Source of the DNA: a virus
IMG/VR virus record: IMGVR_UViG_3300020160_001428
Location: 1-64,000 of that record
DNA: 64,000 nucleotides
Strand: one strand, 5' to 3'
Of this stretch, positions 1-8,722 are shown one piece after another (position 1 is the first letter of the stretch; each line of letters begins with the position of its first letter). Below the pieces are notes generated by a model. That model did not search any database. It was not told the origin of the DNA and worked only from the letters and a program-made list of their open reading frames with translations. Both the position numbers and the translations under genes were made by a program.

Positions 1-963
1 TAGTCCACATCCTTGTCCTGCTTTAGTAGTTGGGAACAACATAAAGTAATATGCGTATGCTGTTGTGTTAGCGACACTGATAGTTGAAGATGTTGTAAAT
101 CGAGAATCGCTCAACGTTATCGAGTCCTCTTTTATTAGAACCCATGTTACACCATCGTTACTTCCGTATAATTTATAACTTGTAGGATCGCGTCCACTAA
201 AGTCATTAGCAGTAGTGACTGTAAATCCAGTTACTACTTTACCTGTATTCAACTGTACAGTAACACCTGCGTTTGCTTTGTCAAAGTTTAGATACTTAGT
301 GTTTGGATTATTATCAAATGCACTGTTAGGTCCTTCGCTGCCTGGACTATTATTAGTTGTCGGAATCGCTCTTGTGATCTTCACTGTCGCATTATTCATG
401 TAGATTGCTGTAGGTGCAGGCGGTGGTGGCCCTGCAGGTGCGGCAGTTTGTCCTGCGGCTAGTGGCGTTGTGCTACCATTAGTTGCGTATGCATTAGTTT
501 GTGCTACTGTTGGATTCAATGTACCAGTCCATGTAACACCGCTAGTGTTGGCAAATCCCTGAGTCATACTAAACAACTGTCCTGTGTTGTTGTCATTGCC
601 CACAAAGAAAAAGTAGTCATTGCCCATGTTAATAATATGTCCAGTTCCCATTACTGATTTCTGTGTTCCGTTGGCGGAATATTGAATAGCATTCCACGGA
701 TTAGCACCATCGCCTGTAGCTACGAAAGCTACATAGTCTCCAGTTGCCCAACTAAGCTGACCACTAGTCCAAGGAATCCTATATACGGTTCCTGGATTTT
801 TGCTATAGATTTCACAAGTCGCTGTTTGTGTACAAGCATCAACGTTCCACTGACTGTCTGCTATCTGTGCTCGCCCAAACTTTAAGTCAGCCAGCCCCGA
901 TGCCTGACTGTATGCACTTACACATACAGTTAATAAGAATAAGAACTGTAATAGACGTTTCAT
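1..963 (-). CDS. Secreted protein with F5/8 type C (discoidin/CBM32-like) domain; 3' end runs off the window
   Basis: Not in the ORF track. ATG at 963 overlaps the upstream TAA. Translates as MKRLLQFLFLLTVCVSAYSQA (signal peptide), a Pro-rich linker, then AFDNNPNTKYL...TANDFSGRDPTSYKLYGSNDGVTW. Open to position 1. Confidence 0.7.
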   Translation of the reverse strand, partial: MKRLLQFLFLLTVCVSAYSQASGLADLKFGRAQIADSQWNVDACTQTATCEIYSKNPGTVYRIPWTSGQLSWATGDYVAFVATGDGANPWNAIQYSANGTQKSVMGTGHIINMGNDYFFFVGNDNNTGQLFSMTQGFANTSGVTWTGTLNPTVAQTNAYATNGSTTPLAAGQTAAPAGPPPPAPTAIYMNNATVKITRAIPTTNNSPGSEGPNSAFDNNPNTKYLNFDKANAGVTVQLNTGKVVTGFTVTTANDFSGRDPTSYKLYGSNDGVTWVLIKEDSITLSDSRFTTSSTISVANTTAYAYYFMLFPTTKAGQGCGL

Positions 964-2075
964 TATTTTTGTACAATAGTAATGATTGTGTTGCCGCCTT
1001 GGTTAACACGATTCTTGAACTCTAACGATCCTTGTGTTTGATAGATTAAAGAGTTTTGTGTTAATGGGGTTGTTATACATTGGATGTCGCTACCAGTATC
1101 TCTACATAAGCTAAGAGATGTATCATCTTTGACAGCAACAATGCCGCTTGACTTTTTATAGTCAGGTAGTACGCTGTCAACTTCTGCTAATAGATTTTCA
1201 CTTAGACTGTTACCGATCATATCAAATATACTGGCCAGGAACTGATTGTCTAGAAAGTTTTGCGCCAAGCGATCAACATACATACTGGCTATCTGCATTT
1301 CGAGTGCATTTTCAAGACCTTTCTCTTTTAAGAAGTCAACATCAAGGTAACTCTTGCTAGCAGATCGATCACCCTTGCCTGATTCTTTTAGTTCTTTTGG
1401 AGGACTTAGTAATAGCATATTACCAATGGCATCTTCGGACAAGTTTAATATTACAGGACGACTAGGAGGTTGACTACGACTGTTGACCTGTGTGGCTTGA
1501 AATGCCTGATTCAATATAACAATACCAGCATCGCTCTCAACTATGATTTCTCCAACCTTACAGTTCTTTTCTATATCGTCTTTGGTTCTGCTCTTGTTAC
1601 GATCGTCGGGACAACTTGGCAGTAAGATTATAGTGCTTTGACCCAGTTCGTCCACACTAGCAGTAAAGTCAGTACCACGAACGCTGATTGTAGCAGTAGG
1701 CGTATTAAGAGCAACGTTCTGTGGACTATTCTTAGCAATCTGTCCTGAGGCATATCGAACAGTACCGAGTGCAATCTTCGCGCCCAACTTACCAGCTTTT
1801 GATTTAGGATCGTAAACAAAATCGTCTATAACTAACTTTGAGTTCTCGTTGACCTGCACACGAGTATCATCCTCAAATGTTATGCCTACCTTGCCCTGTT
1901 GGGTTCTGATTGCATCGTTCATTTCCACTCCCGTGCCCTTGGCGCCCGTTAGTGTTTGCTTGTCCCTCTGAATGCTGGGAGGGGTGTTGAGTTGTTCTGT
2001 TACTTTGCCTATCGCGGCGTAACTCGACGAGGTGCCTAGCAACAGTAAGCATAGTATTGCTATCCACAATTTCAT
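963..2075 (-). CDS. FecR-domain secreted protein
   Basis: Signal peptide; FEDDTRVQVNENSKL and TPTATISVRGTDF match FecR-domain motifs; lies in the curli-like operon. Confidence 0.75.
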   Translation of the reverse strand: MKLWIAILCLLLLGTSSSYAAIGKVTEQLNTPPSIQRDKQTLTGAKGTGVEMNDAIRTQQGKVGITFEDDTRVQVNENSKLVIDDFVYDPKSKAGKLGAKIALGTVRYASGQIAKNSPQNVALNTPTATISVRGTDFTASVDELGQSTIILLPSCPDDRNKSRTKDDIEKNCKVGEIIVESDAGIVILNQAFQATQVNSRSQPPSRPVILNLSEDAIGNMLLLSPPKELKESGKGDRSASKSYLDVDFLKEKGLENALEMQIASMYVDRLAQNFLDNQFLASIFDMIGNSLSENLLAEVDSVLPDYKKSSGIVAVKDDTSLSLCRDTGSDIQCITTPLTQNSLIYQTQGSLEFKNRVNQGGNTIITIVQK

Positions 2076-2084
2076 TCATACCCC

Positions 2085-3041
2085 TTAGTTCTTCTGCAAG
2101 ATTCTGAAAGTATTAAAACTTCCTGTTATCTTAATATTAGCCGCGTTATCTACACTACCTTGTTGAATAATACCAATGTCGTTATTAGATCCAGCAATAT
2201 CTGCTTTTGCATATTGACCAAGACTCAAACCACCGCTTTGTGTAATACTAGCAATGTTACTTGAACCAAGTACTTTATAATCAACAGTATTATCACTAAC
2301 ACCACTTTGACTTACTGTAGTTTGATTTCCTTGTCCGTCTAGAACAATCCCAACAGTATTACCATTAAGACCGCCGCCGCTTTGTGTTACGCTAGTAATG
2401 TTTGTTGCACCAGTGCTAGTAACGTTCACATTTCCCTTGTTACCAGTTAGGTTAAGAGTAGTATCGTTACCACCACCTAATGTTTGATTTACAACGGCTG
2501 TGACATTGTCTGCATCAATAATAGCGTCAATAGTATTGCCACCACCACCGCTGGATCTAACTGTTAAACTGTTAGTGTTGCCCAACATACTTACTGTAGT
2601 AACAGCATTACCACCTAATTGGATAATGTCAATCAAGTTACTTGCACTAACGCCAAGGCCGTTATTATTACTGTTAATGAAACCAATATTTCCGCCAACA
2701 TCAACACTATAGTTAATATCAATGCCTTTACCAGTAGTGCCGATTGTGCTGTTGGCTCCTAATGTAAGTATGTTGTTTGGCCCTGCTTGGTTAATAGTAA
2801 TGGTTTGATTATTTCCTACTAGTTTTGCAGGATCAGTATTAGCGCCTGCTGTACCATTAGTTAATATTCCTTTGACCTTATTACCTGCTCCGTCTTGAGT
2901 CATCGTGATAGTGCTATTATCGCCCGTCTGGTCGATATAAATGCTATTGTCGACAGCCCAGCTTGTGGCTGAGATGCCAAATAGCATTATAGTGAGTACT
3001 TTTCTCGACAACCCACTAACGCCTGTCATTCTCTTTTTCAT
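2085..3041 (-). CDS. Curlin-like repeat protein (CsgA/CsgB-like)
   Basis: Signal peptide, then G/N/Q/T-rich repeats of the Q-x-G-x-x-N type (IDQTGDNS, TQDGAGN, SQSGVSDN, QQGSVDN); adjacent to CsgG/CsgF. Confidence 0.7.
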   Translation of the reverse strand: MKKRMTGVSGLSRKVLTIMLFGISATSWAVDNSIYIDQTGDNSTITMTQDGAGNKVKGILTNGTAGANTDPAKLVGNNQTITINQAGPNNILTLGANSTIGTTGKGIDINYSVDVGGNIGFINSNNNGLGVSASNLIDIIQLGGNAVTTVSMLGNTNSLTVRSSGGGGNTIDAIIDADNVTAVVNQTLGGGNDTTLNLTGNKGNVNVTSTGATNITSVTQSGGGLNGNTVGIVLDGQGNQTTVSQSGVSDNTVDYKVLGSSNIASITQSGGLSLGQYAKADIAGSNNDIGIIQQGSVDNAANIKITGSFNTFRILQKN

Positions 3042-3200
3042 CGTTTTACCATACTATGATAGTTTAACATAGTATGCTCCTTTGGGATTCTATGTCCCTT
3101 TAAAATATTTAAGCCGGCTCCTTTCGAAATTATATGCCGCTGTTAAAATATCGTTACTGCTTGGTGTTAAAAAATTTACACTGTAAAAAAAGCAACACCA

Positions 3201-4529
3201 TTACTTCTTATCTTCTAACTTATTACTCTGTATCCAACCACCACGGTTAGTACCATCTTTTACAACTACTCGCCACCAACCTTCTGTTCCAGGTTGTTTA
3301 ATACCTATGATAGATCCTTTTGCAACCCACCACACCTTTGTGCTTGTTTCTGATTCTTTAGCATAGAAATATGAGTTTTCTTTTAGTATTCTATCACCAA
3401 ACAATGTTACTGTTGGTTTTACTCCTGTCTGCATGTCTGTTACTTTTAAGTCTGCATCTACTTTCTTAACTTCCGGAGTTGCTGTAATCTTAGCAACTAC
3501 TTCTTCTTTAGGGGTTTCACTTTTTCCTTGGACTCCTGCAGGTACTTTTCCGCCATCGGACTGTGGTGGTGTGGCTGCGGGTGGCTCTTTGGCAGGGGCG
3601 GATTCTTTGGGGGCTTGTGTCGGAACCAACTCATCTTTCTTCTCCTCAGTTTTTCTTATCTCTGACGATATAACTGGTGTTGGCGGTGCTGGTAGAGCAA
3701 CTGGCGCAGGCGGAGCAATAACCACTGGAACATTTGATTTAAAATCCCAAATAGCCTTACGTTGTCCTTCTTTGATTAGCTCTACTACTGCCATCTCTAT
3801 TGCGGCCTTAACTGCATATGTGCCTGGCTCATTGATTGTAAGTCCTGCTTCTGCTTCAAATGCCTGTGTGCCCTGGTCAAAGAACTTTAATGCTGTTGTT
3901 GAGTCTGCTGTTGATAAAATAGTTTTTTGTACTGTAACTACTGCCAGTACTTTGCCTGTGTTGACACTAACTGCTCTTACGCTGATGGTTACTGTATCCT
4001 GACTCCATTGTGTTTGCTTGCCAATGCCAAATATACGCATACCGGCACCGCCGCTGTTGACCGTTGAGTCATAGCCAACAATACCACCTTCGATAATCAT
4101 ACCGGCAAATTGCATTGGCATTAAAGGTCTAGCATTGTTACCTTCATAGGCTTCGCGCATTTGTCTAATGATTAAGCGTTCTTTGGTCAGATTGTCGATA
4201 CCCACACGCTCAACAACTTCAAACCATTGTCCTTTCCCAACGCCTTGAAGTGCTTGTATTAGGAATGTTTCAGCGCCTTGTGTAACCGCCGAACTCAAAC
4301 TAGCTACGTTGGCCTGTGGACGGCGCTGTCCTGTTTTATCTGCAAAACTGTAAACAGCCACGCTGATGGGTTTGCCAACAGCAGGTGCAGGTATGGTGTC
4401 GAACTCTTTTTTAACACCTCGCATGGAAGTTGTAACAGTCGGATCAGCTTCAGACAACCCTGTGCTTTGTATCATAGCACATCCACTTAATAGGGCAACT
4501 ATAGATAGTGATAATAATGCACGTTTCAT
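3201..4529 (-). CDS. csgG: CsgG-family curli secretion lipoprotein with C-terminal extension
   Basis: Lipobox LSGC; VAVYSFADKTGQRRP, SSAVTQGA, WFEVVER, LTKERLIIR, EGGIVGYD; Pro-rich linker and SH3-like tail. Confidence 0.85.
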   Translation of the reverse strand: MKRALLSLSIVALLSGCAMIQSTGLSEADPTVTTSMRGVKKEFDTIPAPAVGKPISVAVYSFADKTGQRRPQANVASLSSAVTQGAETFLIQALQGVGKGQWFEVVERVGIDNLTKERLIIRQMREAYEGNNARPLMPMQFAGMIIEGGIVGYDSTVNSGGAGMRIFGIGKQTQWSQDTVTISVRAVSVNTGKVLAVVTVQKTILSTADSTTALKFFDQGTQAFEAEAGLTINEPGTYAVKAAIEMAVVELIKEGQRKAIWDFKSNVPVVIAPPAPVALPAPPTPVISSEIRKTEEKKDELVPTQAPKESAPAKEPPAATPPQSDGGKVPAGVQGKSETPKEEVVAKITATPEVKKVDADLKVTDMQTGVKPTVTLFGDRILKENSYFYAKESETSTKVWWVAKGSIIGIKQPGTEGWWRVVVKDGTNRGGWIQSNKLEDKK

Positions 4530-4532
4530 CTT

Positions 4533-5072
4533 TTAGTTTCCTGGCATGTTGAATGATTCTAATGGAACATATATGCAAGTCATTCCCGGATCTCTACACA
4601 ACGCATTTGCTGGATCTGTTACTGTTGTATCTGAAACTCGTAATACAATACACGTTCCATTAGATGATCCAACACAGTTCTCAACATCATTCACTCTACG
4701 CCATGCAATATTACTGCCTTGGAATGATACTGATCCTGAGCATTTAGAGTCTGTTGCTACATTGCAACTATTATTGGCAAACATGGCTGTTGCCACATTC
4801 TGACTAATCTGTGCATAGATACGCGACTCTAAGTTGTTTAAAAACTTAGATAGGTTTGTGTTTTTAGCATCGCTTGCGGCTTTGTCCAATGCCGCTTGAA
4901 CTCGATCATCTCGTGCCTTTTGTCTTGTTGCTTCTTGATTCTCAATAGTCAAGACGTGACTACTATATCCAATGCCGTTAAAACTTGGACTTTTAAATGT
5001 AAAATCACCTAATGGTGCGGCAGTGGCTGTTATGGCCAGCATTATCCCCAATGTAGCTAGGATTTTTTTCAT
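4533..5072 (-). CDS. csgF: CsgF-like curli assembly protein
   Basis: Signal peptide; FTFKSPSFNGIG and FLNNLESRIYAQIS motifs; directly upstream of csgG. Confidence 0.75.
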   Translation of the reverse strand: MKKILATLGIMLAITATAAPLGDFTFKSPSFNGIGYSSHVLTIENQEATRQKARDDRVQAALDKAASDAKNTNLSKFLNNLESRIYAQISQNVATAMFANNSCNVATDSKCSGSVSFQGSNIAWRRVNDVENCVGSSNGTCIVLRVSDTTVTDPANALCRDPGMTCIYVPLESFNMPGN

Positions 5073-5138
5073 TCGGTTCGCTCCCGGTTATCTGCTAATA
5101 CTATTTAATCTATAACAAGAAATATAACATTAGCACAT

Positions 5139-5165
5139 AAAAAAAGGACACCTCAGTGTCCTTTA
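5139..5165 (-). terminator. Rho-independent terminator
   Basis: aaaggacac-ctca-gtgtccttt hairpin; the A-run on + gives a U-tract on -. Confidence 0.7.
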
Positions 5166-5187
5166 TTGTAATAAGAAAGTATGCAGT

Positions 5188-6612
5188 TTATGTTTGTGGT
5201 AAACTAAAACTAAATTTTCCTTTAACTTGTGTACCACTATAACCATTAGACTCAATAGTAGCCTTTTCAGTAAAGTTCGGTGGATAGATAATGTTTATTT
5301 GTTTAACTGTGGCATCTTCACCTTTTGCACTTACAATACTTTTTGCCTGTACCATAGCACTACTGTTTAGGAAACTACGAATAGCTTCACCAAAGTCAAT
5401 TTTTGGATCACTATTAATATGGTCAGCTACTAGTTTAGCAACACGAGCTAGACATAAGAAACTAACATAACTTCCAGACTTATATCCACCTAGACTAAAA
5501 ATACGTTTTAATGCAGGAGGTACTTTCTTTGCATCTTCTGGTGTAGCTTGTTTGTTCACAGCATTAGGATTTTGAGGGTTACCGGCTAGTTGATAATCAG
5601 GAGCTCGAGCATTTGTTAACATTTCGTTTAATGCACTTGCTTCTTCTTGACTAATAATACCGTACTGTAGTCCTAGTGTAATAGGTTGTATCAAACCAGA
5701 CTCTCGTTTACAAATGTCAAGGATTTCAACTGCGGCAGGATATTTCTTAATATATGCGGCGCCGTTTTGCGTTTCTGAGGCCTCTTCTTTAGCTTTCCAT
5801 ATGTTAGTAATAGTGGCCTTAGCACCTTGTTTACCTTTATGGCTAACCCCAAGGCTAATACCGTTACTAATAATGTAACTATCAACTAAGGGATTGTTTT
5901 GATCTACTGGGAATGATATTGTTGCGGCTCTTAGTGGGCCTTTGAATACGTCTGCAACCGCTTGTGCAAGATGTCCAGTTACTTGACTGTGTCCGCTGAT
6001 CATAGCAACAGGAGCAATGACTTCACAGAAGTCGTCTTGCAATGCTGATACCTGTGCGGCGCCACCTACAAATACAATAGGTTGATTATTTGCCGCGGCG
6101 TTTAAGGATGCTGTTAGCATTTCTCCTTGTGCATGTTCACTGACAACTTTTACAATAGAGCCAACACCCCTAGCACGATTATCTGCTAGACCTAACTGTC
6201 CGGGCTGTAGTGCAGATTCAGCTTTAACAGTTGAACTCTTACCTGCGGCACTAAGACCAAGTACTGCTTTTACATCTTTATCTTGGATAGTATTGTTGGG
6301 ATTTTTACGATCGTAGAACTTGCCGATCCAAAGTTCTTCACCCTCATCACTTGCAAATACAGCATAGGCAAAGCTCTTAGAACGAGCGGCAGGTTTATTG
6401 ACCCAATGTATTTTATCTTTGGCGCCGTCAGTTACTTCTAATACTGCGGCCTCTACTTCTGCCATATCTGCATATTGTAGCTCAGGTGCAGGAGGAAAAT
6501 CCCAATTCCAGCTAGTGAACTTGTATTCTATACCGTCAGCACTAGCATAAACCTCATTAGGTTTGGCTGCTCGTAATCCTTGGCCTTCAACAATAAACTC
6601 TTTTGCTCTCAT
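5188..6612 (-). CDS. Hypothetical phage protein, possible PD-(D/E)xK nuclease fold
   Basis: 474 aa ORF; N-terminus MRAKEFIVE; DFCE...PLVDSY...VSHK spacing resembles a restriction-nuclease fold. Confidence 0.4.
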   Translation of the reverse strand: MRAKEFIVEGQGLRAAKPNEVYASADGIEYKFTSWNWDFPPAPELQYADMAEVEAAVLEVTDGAKDKIHWVNKPAARSKSFAYAVFASDEGEELWIGKFYDRKNPNNTIQDKDVKAVLGLSAAGKSSTVKAESALQPGQLGLADNRARGVGSIVKVVSEHAQGEMLTASLNAAANNQPIVFVGGAAQVSALQDDFCEVIAPVAMISGHSQVTGHLAQAVADVFKGPLRAATISFPVDQNNPLVDSYIISNGISLGVSHKGKQGAKATITNIWKAKEEASETQNGAAYIKKYPAAVEILDICKRESGLIQPITLGLQYGIISQEEASALNEMLTNARAPDYQLAGNPQNPNAVNKQATPEDAKKVPPALKRIFSLGGYKSGSYVSFLCLARVAKLVADHINSDPKIDFGEAIRSFLNSSAMVQAKSIVSAKGEDATVKQINIIYPPNFTEKATIESNGYSGTQVKGKFSFSLPQT

Positions 6613-6633
6613 AATAAATCCGTTATAGAGTAT

Positions 6634-7317
6634 TTAGCGGATTTCAGGGAACAAACAATCGTGTATAAACACCTGTACATCATCCTCACTTAGCCCTAAA
6701 CTAACCATAACTTTAGGAGTATGCGGGTTTTGTTTCTGATTTTCGCAGTAGTAGTTCTGCGATTCTTTAGTATTATTAGCAGTATTACTAGTTTCGTCTA
6801 CACATTCTAGATAGTGGTTAATCAGTATATGCGCTAGACTTGTAAGTTGCTTTAATTCATCTTCGTCACTGACATTACCCGCCGCAACCATATGCTCACT
6901 AAAAATACGTTCTGCCCAATCAGGTAGTTTACGCTTTTTGTTCCATTCGTAGCGACCTACTTCTTCTCCAAAGTATTCAATCATAGGATGTTCTTTGTCG
7001 CCACCTGGACTATAATCAATAAAACAGCCGGTGATCTTGTTTTTACCAGCTATAACGTCAAAGCCAAAAATAGGAGCAGGGTTATGTAAATGTGGAAAAA
7101 TGCAACAGTGCATCATCCATAGTCCCTTAGTTTCTCGAGCATCTACTACATCAATATGAGCACGACGATAACGACTGCTAGCCCACACTTTGTTAACCCA
7201 ACCCGGCTGATTAAATCGATCCATTCCAGGTTCGTGTATAATACTGCCTGTTGCATAAAATCGTGATTCAAGGTATTCTTGAATTTTAATTAATGTATCC
7301 CATACATTACTGCTCAT
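6634..7317 (-). CDS. Ferredoxin-dependent bilin reductase (PcyA/PcyX-like)
   Basis: PIFGFDVIAG, LPDWAERIFS and QKQNPHT motifs; adjacent to heme oxygenase; start placed at MSSNVW. Confidence 0.8.
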   Translation of the reverse strand: MSSNVWDTLIKIQEYLESRFYATGSIIHEPGMDRFNQPGWVNKVWASSRYRRAHIDVVDARETKGLWMMHCCIFPHLHNPAPIFGFDVIAGKNKITGCFIDYSPGGDKEHPMIEYFGEEVGRYEWNKKRKLPDWAERIFSEHMVAAGNVSDEDELKQLTSLAHILINHYLECVDETSNTANNTKESQNYYCENQKQNPHTPKVMVSLGLSEDDVQVFIHDCLFPEIR

Positions 7318-7864
7318 CAACAAACTCCACAAACTCCATCATTTGTTCAAAACATTTTGCGGCAAAGCCAAAACAGATAATAGCTTCTTCGGCAAGACTA
7401 TCATCTAACTTCGCACGTAGGATATTTTTAATTTTTTCTGGGTCGTCACCGAATGTATACATTCTACCTGCGCCAGGTACACGTTTCTTGATCATCTGTC
7501 CGCCACTTAAATCACCAAAGTGACGCACATACAAATGTGCTAACAGTTTTTTAGGATCGTCTTTAATGCCAAGTATGTAGGTAATGTATTCATTTACTAC
7601 AGGGCAGAGTTGTGCATCGCCCTGCTCGTCTCCCCACAACTCTTGAAAATCTTCTAAGATTGCAGGAGCTCTACGAACTTCAGGATAGTCATTTAGCAAG
7701 CCATGTGGCATAGCACATAACTCTAAAATCTCATACATTGGATGTTGATTTTTTAGATATGTAGCATATAGTTTATGATTTATTTTACCCGAGAACAAGA
7801 CCTTAACAAACGGTTGTGTCTCAGCATTACGATGTGCTTCGTGTGTTAGATCTTTTAGACTCAT
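7307..7864 (-). CDS. Heme oxygenase
   Basis: LKDLTHEAHRNAE (proximal His) and AHLYVRHFGDLSGGQMI signature. Confidence 0.9.
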   Translation of the reverse strand: MSLKDLTHEAHRNAETQPFVKVLFSGKINHKLYATYLKNQHPMYEILELCAMPHGLLNDYPEVRRAPAILEDFQELWGDEQGDAQLCPVVNEYITYILGIKDDPKKLLAHLYVRHFGDLSGGQMIKKRVPGAGRMYTFGDDPEKIKNILRAKLDDSLAEEAIICFGFAAKCFEQMMEFVEFVDEQ

Positions 7865-8169
7865 TCTGGATCAATCTTTATCTGTAATGGAAAACCTGCT
7901 TGTCTAGCTAGATGTGTAGCTTCAACACCTTTTTGTTCTGCAATCTCAAAAGTATAAACTCCAACTACTGCTGAGCCCTCATTGTGAACTTTAAGTGTAA
8001 TATCTTTAGCAGTTTCTTCAGTGTGTCTAAACACTGATGTCAACAGTTCTATAACAAACTCAATAGGAGTTTTATCATCGTTTAGGAAAATAACTTTGTA
8101 ACGCTTGGGTTCGGTTATAATAGTTTTGACTTTCTCGTCAATTTTTACTTCAAGATCTGTAGTTGCCAT
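7861..8169 (-). CDS. clpS: Clp protease adaptor ClpS
   Basis: YKVIFLNDDKTPIEFVIELL and VHNEGSAVVG...EIAEQK motifs. Confidence 0.92.
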   Translation of the reverse strand: MATTDLEVKIDEKVKTIITEPKRYKVIFLNDDKTPIEFVIELLTSVFRHTEETAKDITLKVHNEGSAVVGVYTFEIAEQKGVEATHLARQAGFPLQIKIDPE

Positions 8170-8228
8170 TTTTCGTTCCTCTTATTGAATATTTAGTAGG
8201 GAGAATGTTACTTCTCCCCGGTTAACGA

Positions 8229-8654
8229 TTAACCCTTAATGGCAATCAAACGTGGTTTAAGTGCTTCAGGTATCATACGTGTTATTTTAACACTTAATAT
8301 ACCGTTTGTCAACTCCACTTCGTCCACTTCCATGTGATCTGCTAGTGTCCATGACTTTTCAAAGTCACGAGCGGCCAGTCCACGATGTAGGTATTCTTTA
8401 GAGTCGTCTGCTACTTTCTGTCCACGGATGATCAACTGATCCTGATCAATCTCTACAGTGATTTCCGCTTTGTTAAAACCTGCAACTGCAAGTTCTATCT
8501 CAAAGTTACTTTCACTATGTTTAACAAGATTAAATGGAGGATAGTTGTTAGTTTGATTTCGATTTTCGGCATCGCTAAAAATACGATCAAAACCAATTAG
8601 TGCTCTACTTAGATGGGCAAGAGCCGCCGTGTCGATAGTTCTTAGTTGTGTCAT
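8229..8654 (-). CDS. Small heat shock protein Hsp20 (IbpA-like)
   Basis: NYPPFNL, IELAVAGF, YLHRGLAARDF, NGILSV. Confidence 0.92.
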   Translation of the reverse strand: MTQLRTIDTAALAHLSRALIGFDRIFSDAENRNQTNNYPPFNLVKHSESNFEIELAVAGFNKAEITVEIDQDQLIIRGQKVADDSKEYLHRGLAARDFEKSWTLADHMEVDEVELTNGILSVKITRMIPEALKPRLIAIKG

Positions 8655-8711
8655 TATATTTTCTCCTTAATTAAGCAAGAATGACTGTGGGGCCTCACCC
8701 GAGCACCCCAC
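8655..8711 (-). promoter_or_regulatory. ROSE-like RNA thermometer in the hsp20 5' UTR
   Basis: mRNA CUUGCUU-AAUU-AAGGAG: UUGCU pairs with the SD leaving a bulged G; preceded by a GC-rich hairpin. Confidence 0.65.
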
Positions 8712-8722
8712 GTTACTGTTTA

